Below are positions 45,814 to 56,491 of a stretch of 64,000 bases of DNA, piece by piece (position 1 is the stretch's first letter; each line of letters begins with the position of its first letter). Made by a program: the position numbers and the translations under genes. This DNA comes from Candidatus Harrisonbacteria bacterium (GTDB lineage Bacteria; Patescibacteriota; Minisyncoccia; UBA6257; 02-FULL-45-10c): NCBI GenBank assembly GCA_016214655.1, contig JACROC010000007.1, positions 14,785 to 78,784 of the forward strand, read 5' to 3'. A model generated the notes under the pieces. That model did no database searches and was not told the DNA's origin. It saw nothing but the letters and a program-made list of their open reading frames with translations.

Positions 45814-47553
45814 ATGATACGAGCACCAAAGAGAATATTTAAACCGGCAGTCCGACGGACCGCTGAAAGAAAAAAATCATCTGAAGAAAAAGAGGTGGTT
45901 TTAAGATTTGTCCCGCTAGGCGGATTGGAAGAGATCGGCCGCAACTGCGCCTTTTTTGAATACGGAGACGAAATAGTTATGATTGACGCCGGAATTCAAT
46001 TCCCGGAAGAAGAAACCCCTGGAATTGATTACATCATACCGAATGTTACCTACCTGGAACCAAAAAATAAAAATATCCGGGGAATCATTCTGACCCACGG
46101 CCATTATGACCACATCCATTCACTGCCATACATAATAGAAAAAATCGGGAATCCTCTTATTTATTGCGTAGAAATTACCAAAGCGCTGATTGAAAAACGC
46201 TTTTCTGAATTCCCAAATCTTCCAAAACCAAAATTTCAAATCGTAAAAGAGGGCGACCGGCTTGCCATCTCTGAACATTTTACCGCTGAATTCTTCTATG
46301 TGGACCACACCATTCCGGACGCAGTTGGTTTTGTGCTGGAAACTCCGGCTGGCAATATGGCGCATTTTGGCGATTTCCGGGTTGAATATGACAGAAAAAA
46401 TAATCCAATAAACACGGAAGTATTCGCCCGGCTGGCCGATAAAAAAATCCATACCGCCTTCTTAGACAGTACCAATGCGGATTTTGAGGGCCACTCCATC
46501 TCTGAAGAAGTAGTCGCCGACGAACTGGAAAAATTGATTGTCGCCGCCAAAGGAAGAATAATCCTCACTACTTTCGCCTCCCTACTCACTCGCGTCGCGG
46601 AAATAATCAAATTAGCTGAAAAACATGGAAGAAAAGTTGCGCCTAACGGAAGATCAATGAAAGATAATATCCAAATCGCCCAAAGACTAGGCCATATTAA
46701 AGCTAAGAAGGGGACTTTTATCGCCGTAGAAGAGATACATCAACATCCCGACAATAAGGTCATGATTCTTTCCACCGGCGGACAAGGAGAACCCAATGCC
46801 GGCTTAACCAAGATGGCCAATGGCGAACACCGCCATATCCATTTTAAAAAATCAGATACGGTTATCTTTTCTTCTTCAGTCGTTCCCGGCAACGAACGGA
46901 GTGTCCAACTTTTACAAGACAATATCGCGCGGCAGGTAGATGAAACTTATAATTCTAAATTGCTGGATATTCACTCCAGCGGCCACAGTCTCGCAGACGA
47001 CATCGAGCTGGTCTTAAAATTAGTAAAGCCGAAGTTTATGGTCCCGATCCACGCCTATTATTTCAAGTTAAAAGCGGCAACCAAGATTGCCCACAAACTG
47101 GGTATGCCTAAAGAAAATGCGGTTATATTGGATAATGGGCAAGTTGCAATCTTAACTAAGGACAATCTTATTCCTACCCAAGAAAAAGTTCCCACTAATT
47201 ACGTAATGGTTGACGGCCTTGGTATTGGTGACGTTGAAGAGGTGGTTCTCCGTGACCGCCGCTTGCTGGCGGAAGAAGGAATGGTCGTAGTTATATCTAC
47301 AATTGACCGCGAAACCGGCCGCTTACTAAAAACTCCGGACATCATTTCCCGCGGCTTTATTTACCTCAAAGAAAATAAAGAGTTATTAGACGACGTTCGT
47401 GGAAAGTTAAAATCTCTTTTAATCCGTATCCCCCGCCACACCCACCCGGAGCCGGATTATATCAAAACCTTAATCCGCGACCAAATCGGACAACTCTTGT
47501 ATAATAAGACTAGACGGAGACCAATGGTGCTTCCGGTACTTATAGAAATCTAA
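45814..47553 (+). CDS. rnj: ribonuclease J
   Basis: PLGGLEEIGRN, THGHYDH, HSSGH, RRPMVLPV. Confidence 0.97.
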   Translation: MIRAPKRIFKPAVRRTAERKKSSEEKEVVLRFVPLGGLEEIGRNCAFFEYGDEIVMIDAGIQFPEEETPGIDYIIPNVTYLEPKNKNIRGIILTHGHYDHIHSLPYIIEKIGNPLIYCVEITKALIEKRFSEFPNLPKPKFQIVKEGDRLAISEHFTAEFFYVDHTIPDAVGFVLETPAGNMAHFGDFRVEYDRKNNPINTEVFARLADKKIHTAFLDSTNADFEGHSISEEVVADELEKLIVAAKGRIILTTFASLLTRVAEIIKLAEKHGRKVAPNGRSMKDNIQIAQRLGHIKAKKGTFIAVEEIHQHPDNKVMILSTGGQGEPNAGLTKMANGEHRHIHFKKSDTVIFSSSVVPGNERSVQLLQDNIARQVDETYNSKLLDIHSSGHSLADDIELVLKLVKPKFMVPIHAYYFKLKAATKIAHKLGMPKENAVILDNGQVAILTKDNLIPTQEKVPTNYVMVDGLGIGDVEEVVLRDRRLLAEEGMVVVISTIDRETGRLLKTPDIISRGFIYLKENKELLDDVRGKLKSLLIRIPRHTHPEPDYIKTLIRDQIGQLLYNKTRRRPMVLPVLIEI

Positions 47554-48527
47554 TGTCAAAACCAATTCTAATTTCTGGCACGCAACCAGATGGCAGATTG
47601 CATTTAGGCAACTATCTCGGCGCCATCAAAAATTGGGTTGAGCTACAAAATTCAGAAAAATATGAATGTTATTTTATAATTGTTGATTATCACTCATTAA
47701 CGGTTGATTTTAATCCGACTGAAAAAAAAGAGGAGGTTCTGGGGGTTGTCAGGGCATATCTAGCGGCCGGGATTGATCCGAAAAAATCAAAAATCTTTGT
47801 CCAATCACGCATTCCTGAGTGTACGGAATTAGCCTGGATTTTAAACACTATTACGCCATTGGGGGAATTAGAAAGAATGACTCAATTTAAAGAAAAGTCC
47901 GAGAATAAAGAATCGGTTAACACGGGATTACTTACCTATCCCATTTTAATGGCGGCGGATATTCTCCTTTATGATGCACGATTCGTGCCTGTGGGCGAAG
48001 ACCAATTGCAACACTTAGAACTCACAAGAACGCTGGCAAGGAAATTCAATAATAAATTCGGAAAAACTTTCATTGAACCTCGGGCAATTCTATCCAAAGC
48101 CTCACGGGTTATGAGCTTAGATAATCCCAGCAAAAAGATGTCTAAATCGCATCCGGAAACTTGCCTATTTCTAGATGATCCCCCGAAAGATATAGAATTC
48201 AAGATCAAGCGCGCAGTCACTGATTCCGGTTCAGAAGTAAAATTTGATTTAGAAAAAAAGCCGGGCGTTTCCAATTTACTTCTTATTTATGAAGCATTGT
48301 CTGGAATAACAATTCCAAAACTAGAAAAGAAATACGCTGGCAAGGGATATGGCCAGTTTAAATCTAATCTTGCCGAAGTTGCCATCAAAACCTTGGCGAC
48401 CTTCCGCGAATCAAAATTCAGCGACAAAAAATTAAAATCTATTCTCACAAATGGAGCGGAAAAAGCTAAAAAAATTGCCTCAAGCAAAATGCAAGTAATC
48501 AAAAATAGATTAGGCTTACGTGTCTAA
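47553..48527 (+). CDS. trpS: tryptophan--tRNA ligase
   Basis: HLGNYLGA, YPILMAADIL, VPVGEDQ, KMSKS. Confidence 0.97.
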   Translation: MSKPILISGTQPDGRLHLGNYLGAIKNWVELQNSEKYECYFIIVDYHSLTVDFNPTEKKEEVLGVVRAYLAAGIDPKKSKIFVQSRIPECTELAWILNTITPLGELERMTQFKEKSENKESVNTGLLTYPILMAADILLYDARFVPVGEDQLQHLELTRTLARKFNNKFGKTFIEPRAILSKASRVMSLDNPSKKMSKSHPETCLFLDDPPKDIEFKIKRAVTDSGSEVKFDLEKKPGVSNLLLIYEALSGITIPKLEKKYAGKGYGQFKSNLAEVAIKTLATFRESKFSDKKLKSILTNGAEKAKKIASSKMQVIKNRLGLRV

Positions 48528-48699
48528 AAGATCTTTTAATACCAATAAACTAGAATCCACTGCAACTAAAAAGCCGGGCATAAACCAGAAACTCGCCCGG
48601 AGACCAAAGAATCATCTCGGCCATTATTAGAGAATTGGTCAACGTTGACAGGGGCAGAAAAAATGAACGACTAAAAATATCCTGCCAGGCAGGATATTT

Positions 48700-48951
48700 T
48701 TAGTCTTCTTCATAGAATTCCATTTTCCCTCCATCCACCCGCTCAATAGCTTTTCCTTCTTTCTCATACCACTTCTTTCGCTCAGCCTCACTTTTAAATT
48801 CATCGATTTTAAATTTGGTGCCAGGAGCCTCTCCTTTTGGTGGATGATAACGAATCGCATAAACTTTTAGCTTAGGCAATTTTTCCTCCAGGCCCTGTTC
48901 CCGAGAAAGTCTGTCAAATTTTTCTGATCTTTTAAATGATTTATCGATCAT
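48700..48951 (-). CDS. hypothetical protein
   Basis: 83-aa ORF immediately downstream of ileS. Confidence 0.5.
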   Translation of the reverse strand: MIDKSFKRSEKFDRLSREQGLEEKLPKLKVYAIRYHPPKGEAPGTKFKIDEFKSEAERKKWYEKEGKAIERVDGGKMEFYEED

Positions 48952-48960
48952 ATATAAAGT

Positions 48961-51900
48961 TTACAACTTTCTTACGCCGATCCAAATCGGCTGATCTTCT
49001 AATTTTGTATTAAGTTCGGCATCAAATTTGGCAGATCTTTTAAATTCAACTGATCCAGCACCGACGTCTTTTCCTAAAAATTTACTATGGCGCCCCCAAA
49101 TAAACATAAGTTCTCTGGGTGCCTCAATCATTAAATGAATTTTATCCTTAGGCACATAATTGGCATCATGCCGCAATCCCTGCACCGCCCGGACTAATTC
49201 CCTGATTAGCCCCTCCTCTTTTAATTCCGGCGTTATTTTAAGATCTAAATCTATGTCACCGGCCAATTCCTGATTCCATTTCACTTCTTTTACATTCACT
49301 TCATCTTTCAAAATCTCCAATAACTCTGCATCTCGTACGTCCAACTTTTTACTTTTAACTTCCAGCGCTTGAAGCGGTTGACGCACCTTAACTCCTTTTT
49401 CTGCACGCAAAGCCAATGCCAAACTCGATAAACGCCGGATCTCTTCCATTTTTTCCAAAAGCGAATGATCAATAATTTTTTTATCCGCCTCCGGCCAGTT
49501 TTGCAAATGCACTGAATTATGAATCATGAATTTCGAATCGTGGGATTTTTTATTTCCTTTATTCGTAATTCCTAATTCATTATTCAGCGATAGAAAAAGT
49601 GCATCAGCGAAAAATGGCGTAAAAGGCGCAATCAATTTGCTCAACTCCACCAAACAAAGATTAAGAACAGCCGATGCTCCTTTAAAATCGTTTTGATCCT
49701 CCGGTCTTTGTAACCGAGTACGCGAACGCCGGATATACCATCGGGATAAATCATCGACAAATACCTCCAGCGTCTTCCCAGCGGCACCAACGTCATATTT
49801 TTCTAAACCGTCCGTAACTTGCTGAATAGTTTGATTTAACCTTGCTAAAACCCATTTATCCAAAATGCTTTTAGGGTTTAGGGTGGAGGGTTTAGGGTTT
49901 AGTTTTTTTTCTGCATACGTATCAAAAAATACAAATGAATTATAAATGATCATTATGAATTTCCGCAGCATCTTTCCAAGATCCGCCTCGTCAAACTTTT
50001 TTGGTTCACTCGGAGGATTCACTGTATAGAAATACCAGCGAACAGTATCGGCGCCATATTTATTCATCATATCCCAAGGGCTTACCACATTCCCCTTTGA
50101 TTTAGACATTTTCTGGCCATTTTTATCCAGAACCAAGCCAAGCGTAATTACATTTTTATACGGATTTTCTAAGCCAAGCGCAGTCGCAACCGCCAACAAC
50201 GTATAAAACCATCCGCGCGTCTGATCAATTCCTTCACTGATATAATCAGCCGGGAAGTCAGTACATTCTTTTAGGGTCGTAGGTCGTAGGTCGTAGGTCA
50301 TAGGTTCCTTCGTGCAAGCGAATGGATAATGATCCTGAGCAAAGGGCATTGCGCCGGAATCAAACCAGACATCTGCCACCTCCTTAACCCTTTCCATTCT
50401 ATTTTCGCATTTTTTACAGCGGAGAAAAACGCTGTCTATATAAGGACGGTGTAAATCTAATTCCGCATTAGAGTTGTACGGCCAATTATGAAATTCTGCT
50501 TTGCGGACTTCTCCGTTATTTTTCGGATAATCAGACTTCAAAATTTCCTCATTAGACAATCCGCCTAAAGCGCCGGCTAAAACCCAGAGCGGATCTCCAT
50601 GACTGACGATCAAAATATTTTTATCTTTACACTTGAAATTAATATCCCCTACTGCCGCAAACATCCTTTTTTTTGCATCGGAAAGATTTTCGCCTCCTGG
50701 AGGAGTTTTAGTAAATTCTTTTATGGAATCTCCAAAAAATTCTTTATGTTCTTTAATTTTTCTCCAATTAAAAATGCCGCAGTTTAATTCACCTAGCCGC
50801 TCATCGGTAATGATTTCTGCCTTAGTACCTTTAGCCACGATTTTCGCAGTCTGCTTGGTCCGTCTATATGGAGAGGTCACAATTAAATCTAATTTTTCCT
50901 TGCCAAGCATTTTTTTAATATTATGGGCGGCAGTTTCCGCGTCCTTCTTTCCTTTTTCGGTAAGTTTAGAAATTTGCTTTCCTTTCTCTGGTCCGGAAGC
51001 AATTAAATCATTCAAATTATGTTCAGCCTCACCGTGACGCAACAAGAAAAAATTATTCCGTGCATAAGCTAGATTATCCAGATCTCGAAGGCTGCCTATA
51101 ACTTCCAGATGATCGCACTTTACGCATTTCCAGATCGGCAGCGGAGTTCCCCAATAACGATCGCGGGAAATTGCCCAGTCTTTGATTTCCCGTAGCCATT
51201 CTCCAAATCTTCCCTCTTTAATATGTTCCGGAACCCAATTAATCTTTCCGTTATTTTTCAAAAGCTGATCTCGCAGACCGCTCATTTCTATAAACCAAGA
51301 AAAACGGGCATAATATAAAATCGTAGTTCCGCAACGCCAGCAAAACGGATAATCGTGCTCAATAACTCCGCTTTTATATAAATTTTTCCGCTTTTCTAAA
51401 TCTTTCAAAATATCCTCGTCTGCTTTTTTCGCAAATTTTCCTTGCCCAGGCAAACCTTTCCGTACAATGCCTTTTTCATCAATAGTAATAGGTATCTGCC
51501 CGACTAACTCTTTTTGAAAACTTTTGACTAAATTCATGTCGTCTTCACCGAACGCCGGAGCAATATGAACCATCCCGGTTCCCTCTTCAGTGGACACGAA
51601 ATCGGCACCATAAACTTTAAAAAATTTATTATTCTTCAGCCACGGACCACTAACTTTGAATAAAGGTTTATAATTTAAACCGACAAGCTTTTTCCCGGAA
51701 ACCTTTTCAACGACCTCGACTTCCGCGCCGCCATCTCCCGGAGGTGCGCTAAATGACCAGATGAAGTCCTTACCTACTTTGTATTTGGTATAACTTAATT
51801 CCGGATTTACTGCGATCGCCACATTTGAAGGCAAAGTCCACGGAGTAGTAGTCCAAACCAATAAATGTTCTTTAGCTTTTATTCTTGAGCTTTTAACTTT

Positions 51901-52539
51901 GAGCTCAAACTTTACATAGATTGAGGGATCCTTAACTTTCTTATATACTCCCGGCTGGCCCATTTCATGGCTGGAAAGCGGCGTCTGGCAGCGCGGGCAA
52001 TAAGGAACGATTTTAAATGATTGCCTTAGGAGACTGCGGTTAGCAATTTGTTTAAATACCCACCACAAACTTTCTATATAATCATTTTTATAAGTGACAT
52101 AAGGATTTTTTAAATCCAGCCAAAACCCAATGCGATCAGTAAATTTTTCCCATTCATCCTGATATTTCCACACTGAAGCTTTTGCTTTTTCATTAAATTC
52201 TGCAATGCCAAACTTTTCTATGTCTTGCTTATTCTTTAAGCCAAGTTCTTTTTCCACCTCAATTTCAACCGGCAAGCCATGAGTATCCCAGCCAGCTTTC
52301 CGGCGAACGAAATATCCCTGCATAGTTTTGAAACGTGGAATCACATCCTTATAGGCACGGCCCTCTACATGACCCATATGCGGCCGGCCATTTGCAGTCG
52401 GCGGTCCCTCAAAAAAGCGGTATTTTTTCGCACCCTCACGCAACTTTTGCGCCTTCTCGAAAATCCGGTTTTCTTTCCAAAACTTAAGCACTTTTTCCTC
52501 TATCTCCGGCAAGTTAAGTTGTTTTAATCCCCGCAACAT
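48961..52539 (-). CDS. ileS: isoleucine--tRNA ligase (type 2-like) with inserted histidine-phosphatase domain
   Basis: GPPTANG.PHMGH, GWDTHGLP, WTTTPWT, DQTRGWF, KMSKS; insert with LLRHGE, SPYRRT, VSHGD. Confidence 0.95.
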   Translation of the reverse strand: MLRGLKQLNLPEIEEKVLKFWKENRIFEKAQKLREGAKKYRFFEGPPTANGRPHMGHVEGRAYKDVIPRFKTMQGYFVRRKAGWDTHGLPVEIEVEKELGLKNKQDIEKFGIAEFNEKAKASVWKYQDEWEKFTDRIGFWLDLKNPYVTYKNDYIESLWWVFKQIANRSLLRQSFKIVPYCPRCQTPLSSHEMGQPGVYKKVKDPSIYVKFELKVKSSRIKAKEHLLVWTTTPWTLPSNVAIAVNPELSYTKYKVGKDFIWSFSAPPGDGGAEVEVVEKVSGKKLVGLNYKPLFKVSGPWLKNNKFFKVYGADFVSTEEGTGMVHIAPAFGEDDMNLVKSFQKELVGQIPITIDEKGIVRKGLPGQGKFAKKADEDILKDLEKRKNLYKSGVIEHDYPFCWRCGTTILYYARFSWFIEMSGLRDQLLKNNGKINWVPEHIKEGRFGEWLREIKDWAISRDRYWGTPLPIWKCVKCDHLEVIGSLRDLDNLAYARNNFFLLRHGEAEHNLNDLIASGPEKGKQISKLTEKGKKDAETAAHNIKKMLGKEKLDLIVTSPYRRTKQTAKIVAKGTKAEIITDERLGELNCGIFNWRKIKEHKEFFGDSIKEFTKTPPGGENLSDAKKRMFAAVGDINFKCKDKNILIVSHGDPLWVLAGALGGLSNEEILKSDYPKNNGEVRKAEFHNWPYNSNAELDLHRPYIDSVFLRCKKCENRMERVKEVADVWFDSGAMPFAQDHYPFACTKEPMTYDLRPTTLKECTDFPADYISEGIDQTRGWFYTLLAVATALGLENPYKNVITLGLVLDKNGQKMSKSKGNVVSPWDMMNKYGADTVRWYFYTVNPPSEPKKFDEADLGKMLRKFIMIIYNSFVFFDTYAEKKLNPKPSTLNPKSILDKWVLARLNQTIQQVTDGLEKYDVGAAGKTLEVFVDDLSRWYIRRSRTRLQRPEDQNDFKGASAVLNLCLVELSKLIAPFTPFFADALFLSLNNELGITNKGNKKSHDSKFMIHNSVHLQNWPEADKKIIDHSLLEKMEEIRRLSSLALALRAEKGVKVRQPLQALEVKSKKLDVRDAELLEILKDEVNVKEVKWNQELAGDIDLDLKITPELKEEGLIRELVRAVQGLRHDANYVPKDKIHLMIEAPRELMFIWGRHSKFLGKDVGAGSVEFKRSAKFDAELNTKLEDQPIWIGVRKL

Positions 52540-52587
52540 ATCCTTATATATTAAGAGAGTTTGGAGCTATTTTCAAATAAAAACTCC

Positions 52588-52893
52588 TCATTCAGAGGAG
52601 CGTTTATGATTTTTTTCCAAATGGCGGCCATAATCTGTATGCTTATGAATTGATTGAAGATATCTATAATATCTTTCAGATTCCTTTAATAAAGAAATAT
52701 AATGTCTTAGTCTTCCAACTTCTTCACGAAGAGCGTTGAGTCCCCTTGGTCTCGGCTTCTTTAAAATTTTTTTTAAGCCTATCTCTGTTAACCAATGGGC
52801 TAAGGCAATCTTCAATCTTGAAAACCTCACCTTATTTTTTAAGTAATAATCTCTACACTGCGCGTCATTAGGAATTCGGATCATGGTTACCAA
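52588..52893 (-). CDS. hypothetical protein
   Basis: 101-aa ORF. Confidence 0.45.
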   Translation of the reverse strand: MVTMIRIPNDAQCRDYYLKNKVRFSRLKIALAHWLTEIGLKKILKKPRPRGLNALREEVGRLRHYISLLKESERYYRYLQSIHKHTDYGRHLEKNHKRSSE

Positions 52894-52973
52894 AATTTAT
52901 TCATCAAATAACTAAAAAGAATATATCATTTCAAAATTAATTAAGCAATCTTAAAAATCAAACAAAAATCGCT

Positions 52974-53393
52974 CTAACTGAGCGATTTAGTCTTAACTAA
53001 AAAAACTTGTATTTTATTATTTTCGAACGAACCAAACATTTTCCGATAAAAGAAAGTCCCGGCCACATCCGCCGCAATATCGCCCCAAGAAATAAATATG
53101 GGTCTGGCAAAAGAAACGCACAGCCCAACCCAGGGACTTAATAAAAATTCTTCTGCTGCCTCCCAGCTAAGCCCTACAAGAAAAGATATCAAGAGAAATG
53201 CCAGCCAGCTCCTGATATTTAAAAAATGAGCGGCTAAAGCTCCAATAAAATAACCGCCGGCAAGATGGAATAGTTTATCAACGCTCCATCTGTCCACGAC
53301 GACTGCCAATTGCGAATTGTGAACTACTAAATATGCAAGATACAAGGATAGAAAACCGATACTGATGGTCTTTAAATCCTTCAAAGCAGCCAA
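52974..53393 (-). CDS. membrane protein (VanZ/DUF2238-like)
   Basis: DKLFH..G, WE..E, DIAAD..G. Confidence 0.65.
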   Translation of the reverse strand: MAALKDLKTISIGFLSLYLAYLVVHNSQLAVVVDRWSVDKLFHLAGGYFIGALAAHFLNIRSWLAFLLISFLVGLSWEAAEEFLLSPWVGLCVSFARPIFISWGDIAADVAGTFFYRKMFGSFENNKIQVFLVKTKSLS

Positions 53394-53725
53394 ATCTCCT
53401 CCCGCGTTGCTTTGATATTTCTCAGTAAATGCCGGAAGCCGAATTCCGAATTTAAAAAATCCATCCTTAGCGATTGAAGCGGGTCATGCTGGCATTCATT
53501 GCAAGTACAAGGACTATTCAACCAAACCGCTGCCGACTCCTGATCCCTAAAATCTGCCAACAATTCAGCTACTATCTTACAAAAACGTGCATCCCTCTCC
53601 TGTTCCCAAATCCCAGCCTTCATTCCCGCAAAATCCGACTTAAACTTGACGAGCATCTCCACGATCATACTCTGTCGTTCCTGAAGGCTTCCGGGCATCT
53701 GTTTAGAATTTTCAATAAAGCTCAA
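53381..53725 (-). CDS. hypothetical protein
   Basis: 114-aa ORF. Confidence 0.5.
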   Translation of the reverse strand: MSFIENSKQMPGSLQERQSMIVEMLVKFKSDFAGMKAGIWEQERDARFCKIVAELLADFRDQESAAVWLNSPCTCNECQHDPLQSLRMDFLNSEFGFRHLLRNIKATREEIWLL

Positions 53726-53757
53726 TATAGAATAACGCGGGTAAAAAAATTTTGCAA

Positions 53758-55434
53758 TTACATTTTCTTCGGCTTGCCCATACCCAAAATCTCTAAGCCG
53801 CTTCCCAGTACCACCCCAAAAGCTTCTGTTAAAGCTACTTTATACGGGGAATATTTATCATCTGGATTAACAATTTTAACTTTTGCGTAGTAAGAATTAA
53901 AAACTCTGGCTAATTCGGTCAAATAGAAAACCATATAATTAGGCGCGTATTCTTTACCAGCCCTCTCTAAAATCTCTGGGAAGCGGCATAGCATCCGCTC
54001 AACTTCGCTAACCTCGGCAGGTAAAAGCTTAAGCGATGGCCGCACGCCCTCTTCTTTTGCTTTGGTTAAAACTGAATTAGCGCGGGTATAGGCATATTGA
54101 AGATAAGGACCAGAATCACCTTCAAAAGAAATTGATTTTTCAAAATCAAAAATAATGTCCCCTCCAACGGCCTGCTTTAAAATAGAATATTTTATGGCCG
54201 CGATTGACACCGCCTCTTCAATTTCCTTCTTCTCTTCATTACTCAATTCCCGGTCTTTGATTTTTTTCCGCACCAACCATTGAACATCTTCAATTAATGA
54301 TTCGGCAGTAATAACATCGCCAGTCCTGGAAGACATTTTACCGCTCGGCGACCGCAGCATACCATGAGAAAGATGCGTAGTCCTTTCCGCAAGCTTGGGA
54401 AACATAATTTCCATAACCTTTAAAAGAACTTTAAAATAGTCATTTACCTCGTTACCCGTAATAACAATGGATTTATCATAAGAATATTTTTTATATTTTA
54501 ACTCAGCCAACCCTAACTCTTTGGCCTCATAAGTCGGAAGGCCTTCAGAATTTATAAAAACCCGGGTATGTAATCCGTACTTTTCTCCTTTAAAAACTGT
54601 AGCGCCCTGGCTTTTTTCAAAAACTCCCCTCTTTAATCCTTTTTCAACTATTTTTTTACCAAATTTTCCGGTTTCGCTTTCAAAAAAATAATAATTGAAT
54701 TTTGTGCCAAGCCTTCTATAGATATTTTCAAAATGATCTAGAGATAAAGCCTTGCCGCTATCATAGATTTTGTTAATATTCTTATCGTTTCGATCATATA
54801 TTTTTTTATTAATTTCGTTTATTTCCTTTTTAACTCGTTCGTCGGATTCATAAACCCGCGACCCGGCCGCATATGCTTTGGCTAAATCTGCCATTGAATC
54901 AATTTTCTTAAATCCTAAATGATCAATTCCCCAAACCGCTTTTGCCACATGCATACCAACATCCCCCTGATAACAAGCCCTTTTAACTTTAGCCCCGTTC
55001 CATTCAATAATCCGCGATAATGCCTCGCCGATAGAATTACTCATTAAATGCCCGATATGGAACTCTTTAAAAGGATTTGGGTCGGTGTATTCAATAATCG
55101 TCTTCTGTCCTTTTAGATTATTATTTCTTCCATATTTATTTTTATTTTTTAAAATTACGGCTAATTCTTTTTGGAATAATTTCGGCTTCAGCCAAAAATT
55201 CACAAAACCCGGCGCCACCGCTTCCACTTTCACAAATTTACTTGACGCTTGACGCTTGACGCTTGACGCTATTTCTTTAGCAATCTCAAAAGGCGGCTTT
55301 TTTAACAACGGCGCAAGTTTAAAAGCCACATTCGTGGAATAATGTCCGAATTCCTCTTTTTCTGAAGCGCTTATATCAAATTCCGTATCTGCTCCTATAA
55401 CCTTTTTAATCTGTATCTCTAAATTTTCTACCAT
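53758..55434 (-). CDS. argS: arginine--tRNA ligase
   Basis: PGFVNF, PNPFKEFHIGH, KMSSRTG, GPYLQYAYTR. Confidence 0.97.
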   Translation of the reverse strand: MVENLEIQIKKVIGADTEFDISASEKEEFGHYSTNVAFKLAPLLKKPPFEIAKEIASSVKRQASSKFVKVEAVAPGFVNFWLKPKLFQKELAVILKNKNKYGRNNNLKGQKTIIEYTDPNPFKEFHIGHLMSNSIGEALSRIIEWNGAKVKRACYQGDVGMHVAKAVWGIDHLGFKKIDSMADLAKAYAAGSRVYESDERVKKEINEINKKIYDRNDKNINKIYDSGKALSLDHFENIYRRLGTKFNYYFFESETGKFGKKIVEKGLKRGVFEKSQGATVFKGEKYGLHTRVFINSEGLPTYEAKELGLAELKYKKYSYDKSIVITGNEVNDYFKVLLKVMEIMFPKLAERTTHLSHGMLRSPSGKMSSRTGDVITAESLIEDVQWLVRKKIKDRELSNEEKKEIEEAVSIAAIKYSILKQAVGGDIIFDFEKSISFEGDSGPYLQYAYTRANSVLTKAKEEGVRPSLKLLPAEVSEVERMLCRFPEILERAGKEYAPNYMVFYLTELARVFNSYYAKVKIVNPDDKYSPYKVALTEAFGVVLGSGLEILGMGKPKKM

Positions 55435-55518
55435 GCTTATTTTAATGATATCCTAATTGACAACGAATATTAAGCCTTCTAGTATTGTTATCAGTTATTT
55501 CTCAATATAAAATACCTC

Positions 55519-55806
55519 GTGAAAACAGCCCTCCGCCTTACCTCTATCCTTGCTTTAACTATTTTATTTGGCTGCGCCAACACCGACGTAATCATCGAAA
55601 AAACTAGAGAAATTATTACAACCGGTACAGTAATGAATAAAATTGAATTGGAAAACCATTGCCAAGTTGCCATACACACTAAACGATATGGAACACCATG
55701 GATACTCCTTAATCCCGCAGAATGCCGCCAATACTGGAAAGGAGACGGAGTTAGAATTAAAATCCAAGATGGAAATATTGAAATATTAGGCTACGCTGAA
55801 GAATAA
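55519..55806 (+). CDS. small lipoprotein
   Basis: lipobox LFGC. Confidence 0.65.
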   Translation: MKTALRLTSILALTILFGCANTDVIIEKTREIITTGTVMNKIELENHCQVAIHTKRYGTPWILLNPAECRQYWKGDGVRIKIQDGNIEILGYAEE

Positions 55807-55859
55807 ATCTGCTGATAAGCAGATTTTTTTATTACAATAAAAAAAGAGGCGCAAGCCTC

Positions 55860-56405
55860 TTAATCTTCCTTATAAAATTCTGGGTTTTTTGCAATAAGTC
55901 TGTTTTTAAGCCATTCATATCTCCTTGCGGTGTCCGGATTTGAAAGAACATATTCCCGAGTTCTAACTTCTCCTTCCGGAACTATTCGCCTAATACCCGG
56001 TTCAAATTGACTTACGCTTAAATCTACTTCTATATCTATCAATTTCGTTTGATCCCTGCGACCAGTGCGGCGTAAAATAAAATTCTTATGGACATCTTCT
56101 GCCAGTTCACCATTTCCGGGTAAAAGATTCCAATAATGGCTCCGCATATGCGCATATTTCGGAAAACTCTCCAAAGATGCACGGAGCAGATTGCCGCCCA
56201 AAAAATCTTGAACTATTAAGGCAATCACCGCGCAATGTCCGTAAGCGGGATTATCTTCTGACCAATGTTCCATACAAGAGGTTGTTTCTAAATCACAGCA
56301 TTCCAATAAATCCAACTCCAACATCTCAAGAAATGCACCCAACGCTAAATCTATGCAATATTGTCCTTGTGTACGCGCCCTCATCCAATACATCGGCCTG
56401 CGCAT
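55860..56405 (-). CDS. YunG-like protein
   Basis: W..DNPAYGHCAVIAL.VQD..GG..HYWN..DL..SQF. Confidence 0.7.
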   Translation of the reverse strand: MRRPMYWMRARTQGQYCIDLALGAFLEMLELDLLECCDLETTSCMEHWSEDNPAYGHCAVIALIVQDFLGGNLLRASLESFPKYAHMRSHYWNLLPGNGELAEDVHKNFILRRTGRRDQTKLIDIEVDLSVSQFEPGIRRIVPEGEVRTREYVLSNPDTARRYEWLKNRLIAKNPEFYKED

Positions 56406-56491
56406 TATTTTTTCCTACAAAGAACAAAGCTGACTCTATGTTATCAGTCTTATATTAGCGATGTCAATTTTTTATCTATATAATAAACTTA

